Origin: an uncultured virus (IMG/VR IMGVR_UViG_3300035181_001618)
Taxonomy: Duplodnaviria > Heunggongvirae > Uroviricota > Caudoviricetes
Strand: one strand, 5' to 3'
Virus record (IMG/VR): IMGVR_UViG_3300035181_001618
Location: 113,944-133,943 of that record
DNA: 20,000 nt
In this document: positions 7,800 to 16,752 of the stretch, piece by piece
Numbering within the stretch: position 1 is the first letter of the stretch
Layout: every line of letters begins with the position of its first letter
Program-made: the position numbers and the translations under genes
The notes under the pieces: generated by a model
The model's database searches: none
Told to the model about the DNA's origin: nothing
Seen by the model: the letters and a program-made list of their open reading frames with translations, nothing else

Positions 7800-10700
7800 T
7801 TATCCTTCGACCACTACCGTGCGCACTTCGTCAAGCGTGATGAACGAGGTCTTGATGATGTCTGCTAGCTCATATGAAGCCGACAGCGCATCTTCGAGCA
7901 CCTCGAAGAACAGCTCATTGACGTTGCGCGTGTCCGCATAGTTCCAGAGGCTCGCCATGAACTCCCGAATCGCGGTAGGTGTCGCTAAGTATGTATCCAG
8001 CATTGCGGAGTCATACCCAAAGAAGCTCACCGGTGACAGCTTGAACGAGCTGGTGACCACGTCGTAGGTTACAACCTGCGTGTTAAGCAGGGCACCCTTG
8101 ACGGTAGCAACAGCCGCGGCGCTGTCAGACAGCACTTGACCTTGCTTGAGGCCGATGCGCGACGTGGTGCCATTGCGCGAGTCGTACTCAGAGTACAACG
8201 CAAACGGCAGCATCTGGCCTGTAGCCGTTTGACCGCACATCGTGTCAACAAGCTTGTCCCAGAGATCCTTGGGGATTCGAGTTGGCTGGTTCCGACGAAT
8301 GAGCTTCCACTCGGTGTGGGTCGGGCGCAAGGACATGTCGCGGTCATCGTCGCGCATCGAGCCGTTCTCGGTGATCCGCAGCTTATACTGGTTGTCCTTC
8401 CGAACGAAGCGGGTCATGTTGACCACAGACAACAGCGCGTAACGGTTAGGGCGACCGTCAAGCTGGTTGAACCGCTTCATGACTTGAGGCACAGCGTAAG
8501 GACCTGGATGTTGAGCAAGTTGTTGAGCCGCCAGTTTAACGCTAAGCTTCTTACCTGCCGCAGCGGTCTCCTTGTTCTTGACCCAGTAGAAGTAGCTAGT
8601 CTTGCTGACACGGCCAAACTCGTTGCGTTCTTCAAGCTTTGAGTGCGGGGTGTCGAGCTTGTACTCGGTCAGCTTAGCAGGATCTACCGCGGTGCCTTCA
8701 AGCTGGAGCTTCAGCTCGTCACCTGTCGGCACCTTGAACGGCAGCTCGAACCGCAGCTTTGAGCCTTGGTCAATGTTCGACCGGCTAGGGTAGTACCCGT
8801 TAAGGCCCTTTGCTATCTGGTAGCCTCGCACTTGACGGACGCCGTTGATGTAAAATGCGAGACGCGCCGAGTCAGCGGCAGTCACGTTCAGGCTCAGGCT
8901 TTCAAGCACCTGCAAGTGCGTCTGTTCTCCCACGAAGTAGGTAGCTGTTGCGACCGTTGAGGTCAGACGCTTCCACGGGCTCCAGCGCTCGTCATAGGCT
9001 CGCACAGGCTGTGGGCTGTTTAGCTCGTCCTGAATGTCCGTCTTGATGTCATTGAGCTCAGTGCCAACGGCTGTGTAGTCGCCGACCATTGCGGCCCACG
9101 AGCCGAACGAATCGTCAAGGTCATCGGCTCCTAGGGTGTAGGTGGGCATGCTCCACGAGACCCAGCCGGTTGGGCCTGGGATTAGCGAGCCGTTAAGCGT
9201 TGTCACCTGCGGCTCGATGAGAACCCGAGCGGCAACTTGCTGACGAACAACGATGTCGTGAGCTGAATTGCCAAACTCAATGCCGACACGCGCAGCACGT
9301 TGCTCTTGCGTCAGCGTTCCTAAGCCGCCCCAGGCCTCGCTGTGACTGTACTTGGTCTTAGCCGTCAGCTTGATGCCGAGCAAGTCAAGGTTTAGCTCGA
9401 CCAGCGTGGCTGACTTAGGCGGCGTGTCATCGACCAGCACGCGCTGAGTTTGACCGCTTGCAAACGTGACACGCACGTATGTTAGCGACCCAACCTGCTC
9501 ATAGTCGATGACCACAGCGCCGTGAGGCAGAGAGGTTGAGGTCTCATAGATCTCAAACTTGAAGTCCGTGAAGCTGGCTGTGGCGGCATATGTTGGCGAG
9601 CCAAGGGCGTTGGACGCTCCCGCAAGCTGGCTCACATCGCCGGTCAGCACTTCAATGCAGCCGTACGGCTTGAGCATCGTATTACGAGAGCCGTTGGTGT
9701 AGGTCATGCCGGCGATGCGCTCCAGCGCGCTAAACGCCGGCATCGCGCCGTCAAGAGCCAGCACGCTGTCTCCGAAGACTTCGAGCGTTGTGGTCTGCCG
9801 CTTCAGCGGAGCCTTAGGCGAAACCTGTGGGTTCTTTGAGTAGAGCCACACGACCGGGCGTTGATGCCAAGTGCGAGTCCTGCTAAGGTAGTTCTTGACC
9901 GCTAGCTCGCCTGTGCCTGTGTAAGACAGGGGTGGCACGTCGGACTCGATCCACTCAAACACGTCAATGCTCGCCCAGTCAGCAAGCGAACCCCACTGTG
10001 TCAGCCGGTCATTGTGGCTTGGGTAGAGCGCCACGTCGGAGTAGTTCATCCAGCCAGCGTTGGCGGTGTTCCACCAGACCTTGCCTACCTGCTCTCGACC
10101 CCAAGTACGAGAGCCGTCGGCTGTCAACGCCTTGTACTTGAGAGAGGTGACATTGTAGCGAGCAGGGTCATGACCTGCGGCGTAATCAACGGTTGCGTAT
10201 GCCTGTGGGCTGTGAACGCCGCGAGCCGGGTCCCACCAGATGACATTGTTGTTGATCGGCGTGTCACGGCCGCCGTCATCACGATACAGCTGGCTCGGTG
10301 AGAATCTTGCTAGCGGAGGACCATAGGCGATGATCAGCAGCGGCCTGTTGAACAGCGCCGTGTCGGTGATCACTAGCTGGCCAGAGTTCACGCGATTGAA
10401 CTTAGCGGTGCTATACTCAGGTGGGTTAGTGCCTGTGACATAATCGCCCGTTTCGCGGTAGACCTTCGAGCCGCTCTTCATGTAGGACGTGATGTCCAAG
10501 ACCGGGGTCTGGTACACGTTTGCGCCGCTCGTTACGCCGATGTCTACGATCTCAAATGCGTCAGCCAGCACCTCTCGGCCGTCAGCATCGCGCACAGTTA
10601 GCAGCTCAGAGCCGGTGACCTGCACCTGCATGGTTGCAACGATTTGCGCCTTCAGGTAGCTGATGGAGCCCAAGTCGCTAAAACTGTTCCAACGATCCTC

Positions 10701-13700
10701 ATCGTCAGGCTTAATGATGATGCAGCCACGCGGATCGAGCAGGTCCATGTTAACAATCTGCTCATGCGAGTACAGCGTGAACATGTCAAACGGGATCTGG
10801 TCGTAGATCGTCATGTCATAGCCGCCGATGGCAGCGAGCTCGTTGACATAGGCCAGCTCGTCGGCTTCGAGCAGCAGGTAGTTAGCGCGCTCGCTCACCA
10901 TGTCATTGGTCCGAACATTCAGCTCGACCTTAACGGCGCGGCGCAGGTCACCGTACTCAGAGACCTTGTACGCCCAAAGCTCGTCGATCAGAGCCGAACG
11001 GAACAGCGAAGAGTTGACGAAGGAGCTGACGGCACGGTTGGTGCCCTTGCTCTTCAGCATGCCCCGCCAGAACTGCAGCTGCGTCGGCAGGGTGGTGCCA
11101 AGGTCTGAGTGATAGTCTTTGCGGTCAAAGCTGACCAGCGAGCTTGCACGGTCAAACAGCTCTTCGCTCTTCAGCGCGCCGATGTCATAGAGGTTACCCA
11201 GCTGTTGAACGGAGCCCTCCATGTTGGTGCGCATCTTATTGCCCACCAAGTACTTGCCCCCATAGACCGGACGGCCTGTAGGCGTGGCTTGCTTGAAGCC
11301 TTCAAAGAACAGGCGCGAGACATGCTGATTGAGGAACGGCTCGTTAAGAAGCACGTCGCCGACCACATTTTCAAACACGATCACGTGCTCGAACACACTT
11401 GTCGCTACCATAGCGCCGGCCAACGGCACGTCGCTGGTGACCGATGCGTTGCCGTCATCACGGAAGACGCGGAACGAACCCTTCGGAGCGCGTTGGCCGT
11501 CAACCGTGTACAAGCCTGGGATCAGGTTCTGCGCGCCTGGCTTAGACAGGTCAGAGATATAGCCGTACTTAGCCTTGAACCAGAAGCGGCGCTCAAACGG
11601 CGCGAGCACAAAGGCCATGCCGTTGGTCGGACTGTTGAACTGTGCGTCAATCAGCTGTTCAACCAGGAGCTGCCAGCCGATCAAGCGGCCGTTTGTCGGG
11701 TCGATGACCGGGTCCTGCTCGTCATTGAAGACATAGCCGAGCTCAGCCAGCCGGTCAGCTACGCCGAAGATGAACGTGGTCAGAGCTTGCAGCCCCTTAA
11801 CCATGAACGGGCCATAAACGGTACGAAGTGTGGTACGTTGGGTATAACGCTTCCACTCATCCAGGCTTCCCTTGCCTCCTAGAGCATAGAAGGTCTCGTA
11901 GGTAGCCGAGTCATACTCGTACCACTGTAGAGCCGGATGCTTCGGGTTGGTCAGGTCAACGCGGTAGACCCAGTCATCACCGCGAGAGCCCGTAGGGAGT
12001 TTTGCAGGGACGATCCGACCGTTGACGATCTGCGTGCTGCCTGCTTGCAGCAGGGTAACCTTCAAGCCTGTAAGCCACGCCACAGACTGAAGCTCGGTCT
12101 CTTTCAGGTACACGTTATAACCTGATGAGTCAACAACCGCGGTCTCGGCTTTGACGCTCAGCTCATCAGTGTCGACAAGCGTGTTGAAGCGGTATGCAAG
12201 CTTAGGTGTCCAAGCGGCCAGGCGAGCGCGGTCAGCCGAGTAGCTCAGCTCGAGCGAGTTGGCGGCGTGGTAGTGCGCATACAGCTGGCTCAAGCCTTCG
12301 AGCTTGAACGGAGCGTGAGCCAGGGTAACAGTCGCGACTGCAAGCTCGCTGATGGCCACAGTTAGCGTGTCGCCTAGGTTCAAGCCGTCACGCGGCACAA
12401 CGAGCTGGCATGTGGCATAGCCGTCGAGGTGGATTGCATTTGCTGGGTAGAAAGCAAAGGCGAACGAGCCAACTTGCGAAACTCGCACGATGCTATTACG
12501 TGCGCTGGCGACCTCAATGAGGTAGGTTACCGGCGTTGGTGGCGGCGCGATCATGGTGACCGTCAGGGATGTCGGCGTCAACGTCGTCCGATTGATGGGC
12601 TCGCCGTGAATCAGCGCGTCAACAATGTGAGCCTTGCGGCCGAGAGGCCTGACAAGCTCGTAGCCGTCAACCTTGTCAAGCGGGTCACCCCAGCACAAGC
12701 TGATGAACTTCAGTGGGCTAAGCCTGAAGTAGGTCTTGAGCTTTGACGTGACATACTCGAGAGTGTCTGTCCACATGGCCTCAATCGGGCCAAGCTCGCC
12801 GTAGTAGTAGCGGCGGTTAGGCGTCGGCGGAGGAGCGATCATGAGCTGCTCGGCGTTGCCAAAAGCGTACGGCGGCAGCAGCTTACCATTGGTCGTGTCA
12901 ACCGACAGCTGCACAGGCTTGCCCAGCGAGTTAAGCTTCGCCTTGACATTGTCTTGCACGTCGATGCTTGTCCAGTAGCTGATGTCCCAGGTAGTCGTGC
13001 CTGGCGGAACGAAGCCTGCAACCACCAGGTCATTCATAAAAGCGGCTTCAGACTCTTCAACCGAGATGTACGGGTAGAGGTCAGGACGCGACGTGCCGTA
13101 GACATACTGGTAGACGCCTTGCCAAGCCGAGGCTGGACCCCAACCCGAGTTGTAGTAGGACCACGTGAACGGGTCTGCCGGGTTGTAGAGCGGATCGTAT
13201 GGGTCAGGAATGCCGTACTTCGAGCAGAAGCCCAAGAACTCCTTCTCCATCAACGGCATCCAACGCGATGAGCTTTCCAGCGGCGTGTAGCTGAAGGCTG
13301 TGCTGCTTGCCGGGCACGCATTGTAGAGCTCTGTCTCGAGCTCGAGCAACAACGCGGTCAAGGTCGACGCGAGGTCGAGCAGGCGCCATGGCGCCTCTTG
13401 CGCGTGCTGCTCTGAACCCAGGGCTACCCAAGAGCCGTTCCACTGCCAGGTCTCACCCGTCAGCCGATTGTAGGAGAACTGTCCATTGAGCGCGGTAGCA
13501 GGCAGATCGCCGATGTCAGAGACCACGTCGAACAGGTAGAGATTCTCAGCTGACAGGTCGAGCCATAGCTGACGAGCAAACGGAGCTTGCGGCGGAACGG
13601 GACCACCCACAAATCCAGGCGTTTCTTGGCCGTTCGACCGCTTAAAACGCTTCGTTACCAGGCCCTTAAGCACCGAAAAGTCAATCGTTGGAAGGCTCGA

Positions 13701-16331
13701 CTTGTGACCGTCATGATGCACTAACATAGCCCTGTTCTGGTCAGGCTCTACGAGCACGCCAGGCGCTACTTTCGGCGCCAAGCCCAGGTACGGCGCTGTC
13801 AGCGTCAAGGCTTTCAGGCTCATGCTGTTAGTCATGAACGGCGAGTTAACCTCATCGTCCACGAGCGATTCGCTCGCATCTACCACGCTTGACCTGCGCT
13901 CGAGGTAAGCGCGCAGCTGCTTGTAAGTGTCGATGTCAACTGGGCCTGGAGCTGACAAGAAAGCGGCTGAACCTGCCGTCACACGGCTGATGAGCTCCTG
14001 CTCGACAAACTCACGAGTCCGGTTGAGCACGTTGACGTAAGCGTCGCGGCCAAAGTCAAGCAACGCAATAGGATCAGCCGAATCTTGGCACAGCATGCCC
14101 AAGAGGAGCTGAAGCCTGTCATTGAAGATCTTCAGCAAGCCACCCTTGCTATAGTCCTTTGACAGGTTGCGCCAGTTGTTTCGGCTTGAAGCCAGACCTT
14201 CAAGGCCGGGTTGGGCTCCGATGATCGAGACAAAGTGCGAGTACAAGTCACCTTGCTTGAAGCTAGTCGAGAGCGTCGAGTCGAGGTTACCGAACATCGG
14301 CATCGGGCACTTCCAAGCGCCCGAGGCGCTTGCCGGGCTCACGCTTACTTGCCGATCCTCAAGAGCTGAGTTTGACAGGTAGCCAAGCGGGTCTGTCACG
14401 GTACGGTATGAGTCGCCCAGCTTGACATACAAGCTAGCGCGCTTGAAAGCGCTCGACTTGATATCGAAGCTGAAGCGCGAGGTGGCGTCAAAGGCTGTGG
14501 TGCCCGAGACTACCGAGAAGGTCGTGCCGCCAACGGTGTACGGTGTGTCCACCGTCAATGTAGGCAGGGCTCCTAGCACGGTGCTGTACACGTCAAAGGT
14601 CGTGCCGCCAGCATGGCCGGTTAGCTGAATAACTTGCGGGAGCGCATTAGCGTCAACGTTGAGCGTCGAGAGCTGACCGTTGCCAGCGCCAATGTTCTCG
14701 TACTCGCGGATGAAGTACGGGAACGAGGTGCCGTCTGTAGCGTTGTCGTAGTAGCCTGTCAGCAGAGTCTGAGCGAAGCGGACGCCCCGCACCGTGCCAA
14801 GCAGGCTTGCTTGCTCAGCAGCCGTAGTCATGGCTCCCTTAGTCAGCTCGAGCTGATCAAGGTTAACAAACAGCGTGCCGCCTGTGTAAGCGTCCGTCAG
14901 CTTGTCATTGATGGTTGACGGTGGCATGTACAAGCCGGTGCTCTCATCGTGAGCATATGTTCGGAAAGTAGGCAGCTGGCCGAGCGCCGTCTTCGCTCCT
15001 AGGAGCTGAGACTCTAGCTCAGCATTGAACTCGATGATGGGCCGTTGGGCTTGCAAGTAGTTGAGGCGCTCTGCCGTTGTCAGCTGGCTTGAGTGCTTCC
15101 ACCGGTTGTCGAGCGACCAGCCGCTCGTTCCGCCAGCTTCGATGACCGTATATTCGGCTTGCCCGATAGGGTTGTAAGCCGGCAACGCACCGTCGGCAAC
15201 GCCTGTCCAATAGTAGCTCTCGAAGTTTTGCAGCTTGTCAGCGTTGATTAGCGCGCCGGCTGTCTCATACTTGACGTACTCTTGGCCGATCAGCGCGGCC
15301 CCACGCCAGACGGAAGCCAGGCTAAATGAGCCGCTAGCGTAACGCTTGAAGAACAGCGGACGGTCTTCGGTCGGCGAGGTGAAACTGTGGCCAAATGTCA
15401 GGTCGGCGGCAGCGTCTCGCACGATCCGCCTACCCAGGGCTGCGTCAATCGGCTGATCAGCGGCCTCCTTGTAGAAGAAGCCGCTCGAGATGTAAGCAGA
15501 GTGATCGCCGTTAGCGTAGTAGAGGTCGAACAACGGCGGTTGGTTAGGCGCGGTCTTGACTTGCGGACTAGGCGTACCGCTGTCGGCAGGCTCGCCCGTA
15601 GAGGTTGCGTAGAGGTTAAGCTTGAGGTTGCTCTCAAACTCGAGGATCGGCCGTAAAGCCTGCACGATGTCATTCGAGCTAAGGACCGGGTACGCCAGCT
15701 GGAAAGCCTGAGCGTCAGCCTTGTGGAGCCACATGTTGCCCAGAGCCCAGTCAGACCAGGCGCCCAGACCTGGGTAAGGGGCCACCGGCGTGTTGCCTGA
15801 AAGAGCCGAGCGAGCGATAACATAGTAGTCAGCAGCTTGTGTCGGGTTTGCGGCTTGCAAGGAGGCTACAGAGGCCGTAGTGAAGCCGATGTCGTTCCAA
15901 GGCAGCTCTGGGTGAGCAACCAACCACTTGCCTACCCACACATACTCGTCAAAGTTAGCAAACTTGTCAAGGTCGATGAACGGGACAAAGTTGAGGCTCT
16001 CGACCGTCAGCCAGTCAGCGACGCTGTCATAGGGCACGTCTAACGTGACGAGGCGTTGCACGAGCTCGCGCCATGTAGTCAGGCGCTCTTCGGTGCCTTG
16101 CTTGCTGTAGAGGACAGGTGCGAGCTGATTGACCTGCCGCTCGAGGTCAGCTTCGCGGATGTAGATGTCTGAGGACTGTGCTGCAGCTTCGCTGCCGACA
16201 AAGCCGTGGAGGATGACAGACTCGTCCTTGCTCAGGTGATTGTTGAACAAGGCCCTCATGAGGGTCGTGATCGTGCGGTTCTGGTACTGCTTAGGGAGCA
16301 GCGTTGCTAGATCAAGGTTCTTGTTTGCCAT
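7800..16331 (-). CDS. Giant baseplate / virion structural protein (2843 aa)
   Basis: Uninterrupted 8.5-kb ORF. Motifs LLP..YQ, R...QL.P, IDLDKF.NF..Y.W, RPI.EF, QFWRGM..KGT, I.E.WA..V.EYG, WDPARG, WG..QVG.VWW, WG.L...ASIDV.EWIES..PP, YFYWVKNK and KTSFI are recalled from jumbo myovirus baseplate proteins. Confidence 0.8.
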   Translation of the reverse strand: MANKNLDLATLLPKQYQNRTITTLMRALFNNHLSKDESVILHGFVGSEAAAQSSDIYIREADLERQVNQLAPVLYSKQGTEERLTTWRELVQRLVTLDVPYDSVADWLTVESLNFVPFIDLDKFANFDEYVWVGKWLVAHPELPWNDIGFTTASVASLQAANPTQAADYYVIARSALSGNTPVAPYPGLGAWSDWALGNMWLHKADAQAFQLAYPVLSSNDIVQALRPILEFESNLKLNLYATSTGEPADSGTPSPQVKTAPNQPPLFDLYYANGDHSAYISSGFFYKEAADQPIDAALGRRIVRDAAADLTFGHSFTSPTEDRPLFFKRYASGSFSLASVWRGAALIGQEYVKYETAGALINADKLQNFESYYWTGVADGALPAYNPIGQAEYTVIEAGGTSGWSLDNRWKHSSQLTTAERLNYLQAQRPIIEFNAELESQLLGAKTALGQLPTFRTYAHDESTGLYMPPSTINDKLTDAYTGGTLFVNLDQLELTKGAMTTAAEQASLLGTVRGVRFAQTLLTGYYDNATDGTSFPYFIREYENIGAGNGQLSTLNVDANALPQVIQLTGHAGGTTFDVYSTVLGALPTLTVDTPYTVGGTTFSVVSGTTAFDATSRFSFDIKSSAFKRASLYVKLGDSYRTVTDPLGYLSNSALEDRQVSVSPASASGAWKCPMPMFGNLDSTLSTSFKQGDLYSHFVSIIGAQPGLEGLASSRNNWRNLSKDYSKGGLLKIFNDRLQLLLGMLCQDSADPIALLDFGRDAYVNVLNRTREFVEQELISRVTAGSAAFLSAPGPVDIDTYKQLRAYLERRSSVVDASESLVDDEVNSPFMTNSMSLKALTLTAPYLGLAPKVAPGVLVEPDQNRAMLVHHDGHKSSLPTIDFSVLKGLVTKRFKRSNGQETPGFVGGPVPPQAPFARQLWLDLSAENLYLFDVVSDIGDLPATALNGQFSYNRLTGETWQWNGSWVALGSEQHAQEAPWRLLDLASTLTALLLELETELYNACPASSTAFSYTPLESSSRWMPLMEKEFLGFCSKYGIPDPYDPLYNPADPFTWSYYNSGWGPASAWQGVYQYVYGTSRPDLYPYISVEESEAAFMNDLVVAGFVPPGTTTWDISYWTSIDVQDNVKAKLNSLGKPVQLSVDTTNGKLLPPYAFGNAEQLMIAPPPTPNRRYYYGELGPIEAMWTDTLEYVTSKLKTYFRLSPLKFISLCWGDPLDKVDGYELVRPLGRKAHIVDALIHGEPINRTTLTPTSLTVTMIAPPPTPVTYLIEVASARNSIVRVSQVGSFAFAFYPANAIHLDGYATCQLVVPRDGLNLGDTLTVAISELAVATVTLAHAPFKLEGLSQLYAHYHAANSLELSYSADRARLAAWTPKLAYRFNTLVDTDELSVKAETAVVDSSGYNVYLKETELQSVAWLTGLKVTLLQAGSTQIVNGRIVPAKLPTGSRGDDWVYRVDLTNPKHPALQWYEYDSATYETFYALGGKGSLDEWKRYTQRTTLRTVYGPFMVKGLQALTTFIFGVADRLAELGYVFNDEQDPVIDPTNGRLIGWQLLVEQLIDAQFNSPTNGMAFVLAPFERRFWFKAKYGYISDLSKPGAQNLIPGLYTVDGQRAPKGSFRVFRDDGNASVTSDVPLAGAMVATSVFEHVIVFENVVGDVLLNEPFLNQHVSRLFFEGFKQATPTGRPVYGGKYLVGNKMRTNMEGSVQQLGNLYDIGALKSEELFDRASSLVSFDRKDYHSDLGTTLPTQLQFWRGMLKSKGTNRAVSSFVNSSLFRSALIDELWAYKVSEYGDLRRAVKVELNVRTNDMVSERANYLLLEADELAYVNELAAIGGYDMTIYDQIPFDMFTLYSHEQIVNMDLLDPRGCIIIKPDDEDRWNSFSDLGSISYLKAQIVATMQVQVTGSELLTVRDADGREVLADAFEIVDIGVTSGANVYQTPVLDITSYMKSGSKVYRETGDYVTGTNPPEYSTAKFNRVNSGQLVITDTALFNRPLLIIAYGPPLARFSPSQLYRDDGGRDTPINNNVIWWDPARGVHSPQAYATVDYAAGHDPARYNVTSLKYKALTADGSRTWGREQVGKVWWNTANAGWMNYSDVALYPSHNDRLTQWGSLADWASIDVFEWIESDVPPLSYTGTGELAVKNYLSRTRTWHQRPVVWLYSKNPQVSPKAPLKRQTTTLEVFGDSVLALDGAMPAFSALERIAGMTYTNGSRNTMLKPYGCIEVLTGDVSQLAGASNALGSPTYAATASFTDFKFEIYETSTSLPHGAVVIDYEQVGSLTYVRVTFASGQTQRVLVDDTPPKSATLVELNLDLLGIKLTAKTKYSHSEAWGGLGTLTQEQRAARVGIEFGNSAHDIVVRQQVAARVLIEPQVTTLNGSLIPGPTGWVSWSMPTYTLGADDLDDSFGSWAAMVGDYTAVGTELNDIKTDIQDELNSPQPVRAYDERWSPWKRLTSTVATATYFVGEQTHLQVLESLSLNVTAADSARLAFYINGVRQVRGYQIAKGLNGYYPSRSNIDQGSKLRFELPFKVPTGDELKLQLEGTAVDPAKLTEYKLDTPHSKLEERNEFGRVSKTSYFYWVKNKETAAAGKKLSVKLAAQQLAQHPGPYAVPQVMKRFNQLDGRPNRYALLSVVNMTRFVRKDNQYKLRITENGSMRDDDRDMSLRPTHTEWKLIRRNQPTRIPKDLWDKLVDTMCGQTATGQMLPFALYSEYDSRNGTTSRIGLKQGQVLSDSAAAVATVKGALLNTQVVTYDVVTSSFKLSPVSFFGYDSAMLDTYLATPTAIREFMASLWNYADTRNVNELFFEVLEDALSASYELADIIKTSFITLDEVRTVVVEG

Positions 16332-16334
16332 CGT

Positions 16335-16359
16335 GAGGATCTTGTGGATCCTCTATTTA
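16335..16359 (-). promoter_or_regulatory. T4-like late promoter box TAAATA (16354-16359) followed directly by a 7-bp hairpin ahead of the giant gene
   Basis: Minus strand reads GTAAATA-GAGGATC-CACAA-GATCCTC-ACG-ATG. Confidence 0.7.
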
Positions 16360-16386
16360 CCTAGTGCACCCATGGCTTGGAAAGCC

Positions 16387-16752
16387 TCAGTCAAACTCCC
16401 ACTGGTCAACTTCGGTCTCGATCCACTTAGCGATGGCATCCTCGTCATCACCATGGACTACCGCGGGCAGCATCGTTGCGCCGCGGTGCTCGCTCTCGTT
16501 GCTGATCGCCCACTTGACGCCATGCTCAGCCACTATATCATGGTTGATATAGTACATGTAGTTGTCATTCGGTTGCAGCACGACTGTGTTTGCAACGGCC
16601 ATGTCGGTTGATTGCAATGCAGGCGCCCAGCCGATGTAGCACCCATCTTGAGAGTAGACCTTGAACTCATGGTCTCGCTCAGCGATGTCTTGCTGGAACA
16701 TCAGCATGAGCTTTTTCATGCTGATGTTCTCTAGCAGCGGCTGAATCCTCAC
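16387..16752 (-). CDS. Hypothetical protein (121 aa from GTG 16752; alternative ATG 16719), possible capsid-internal protein
   Basis: GTGA overlap with the stop of the 629-aa gene gives MRIQPLLENISMKK. The track start at 16851 would overlap the Hint coding region by about 100 nt. Confidence 0.65.
   Translation of the reverse strand: MRIQPLLENISMKKLMLMFQQDIAERDHEFKVYSQDGCYIGWAPALQSTDMAVANTVVLQPNDNYMYYINHDIVAEHGVKWAISNESEHRGATMLPAVVHGDDEDAIAKWIETEVDQWEFD

Noticed and set aside
8069..16043. Numerous short ORFs on both strands inside the giant gene
   Set aside because: Nested or antisense to a motif-rich ORF in GC-rich DNA, with no recognisable motifs of their own.
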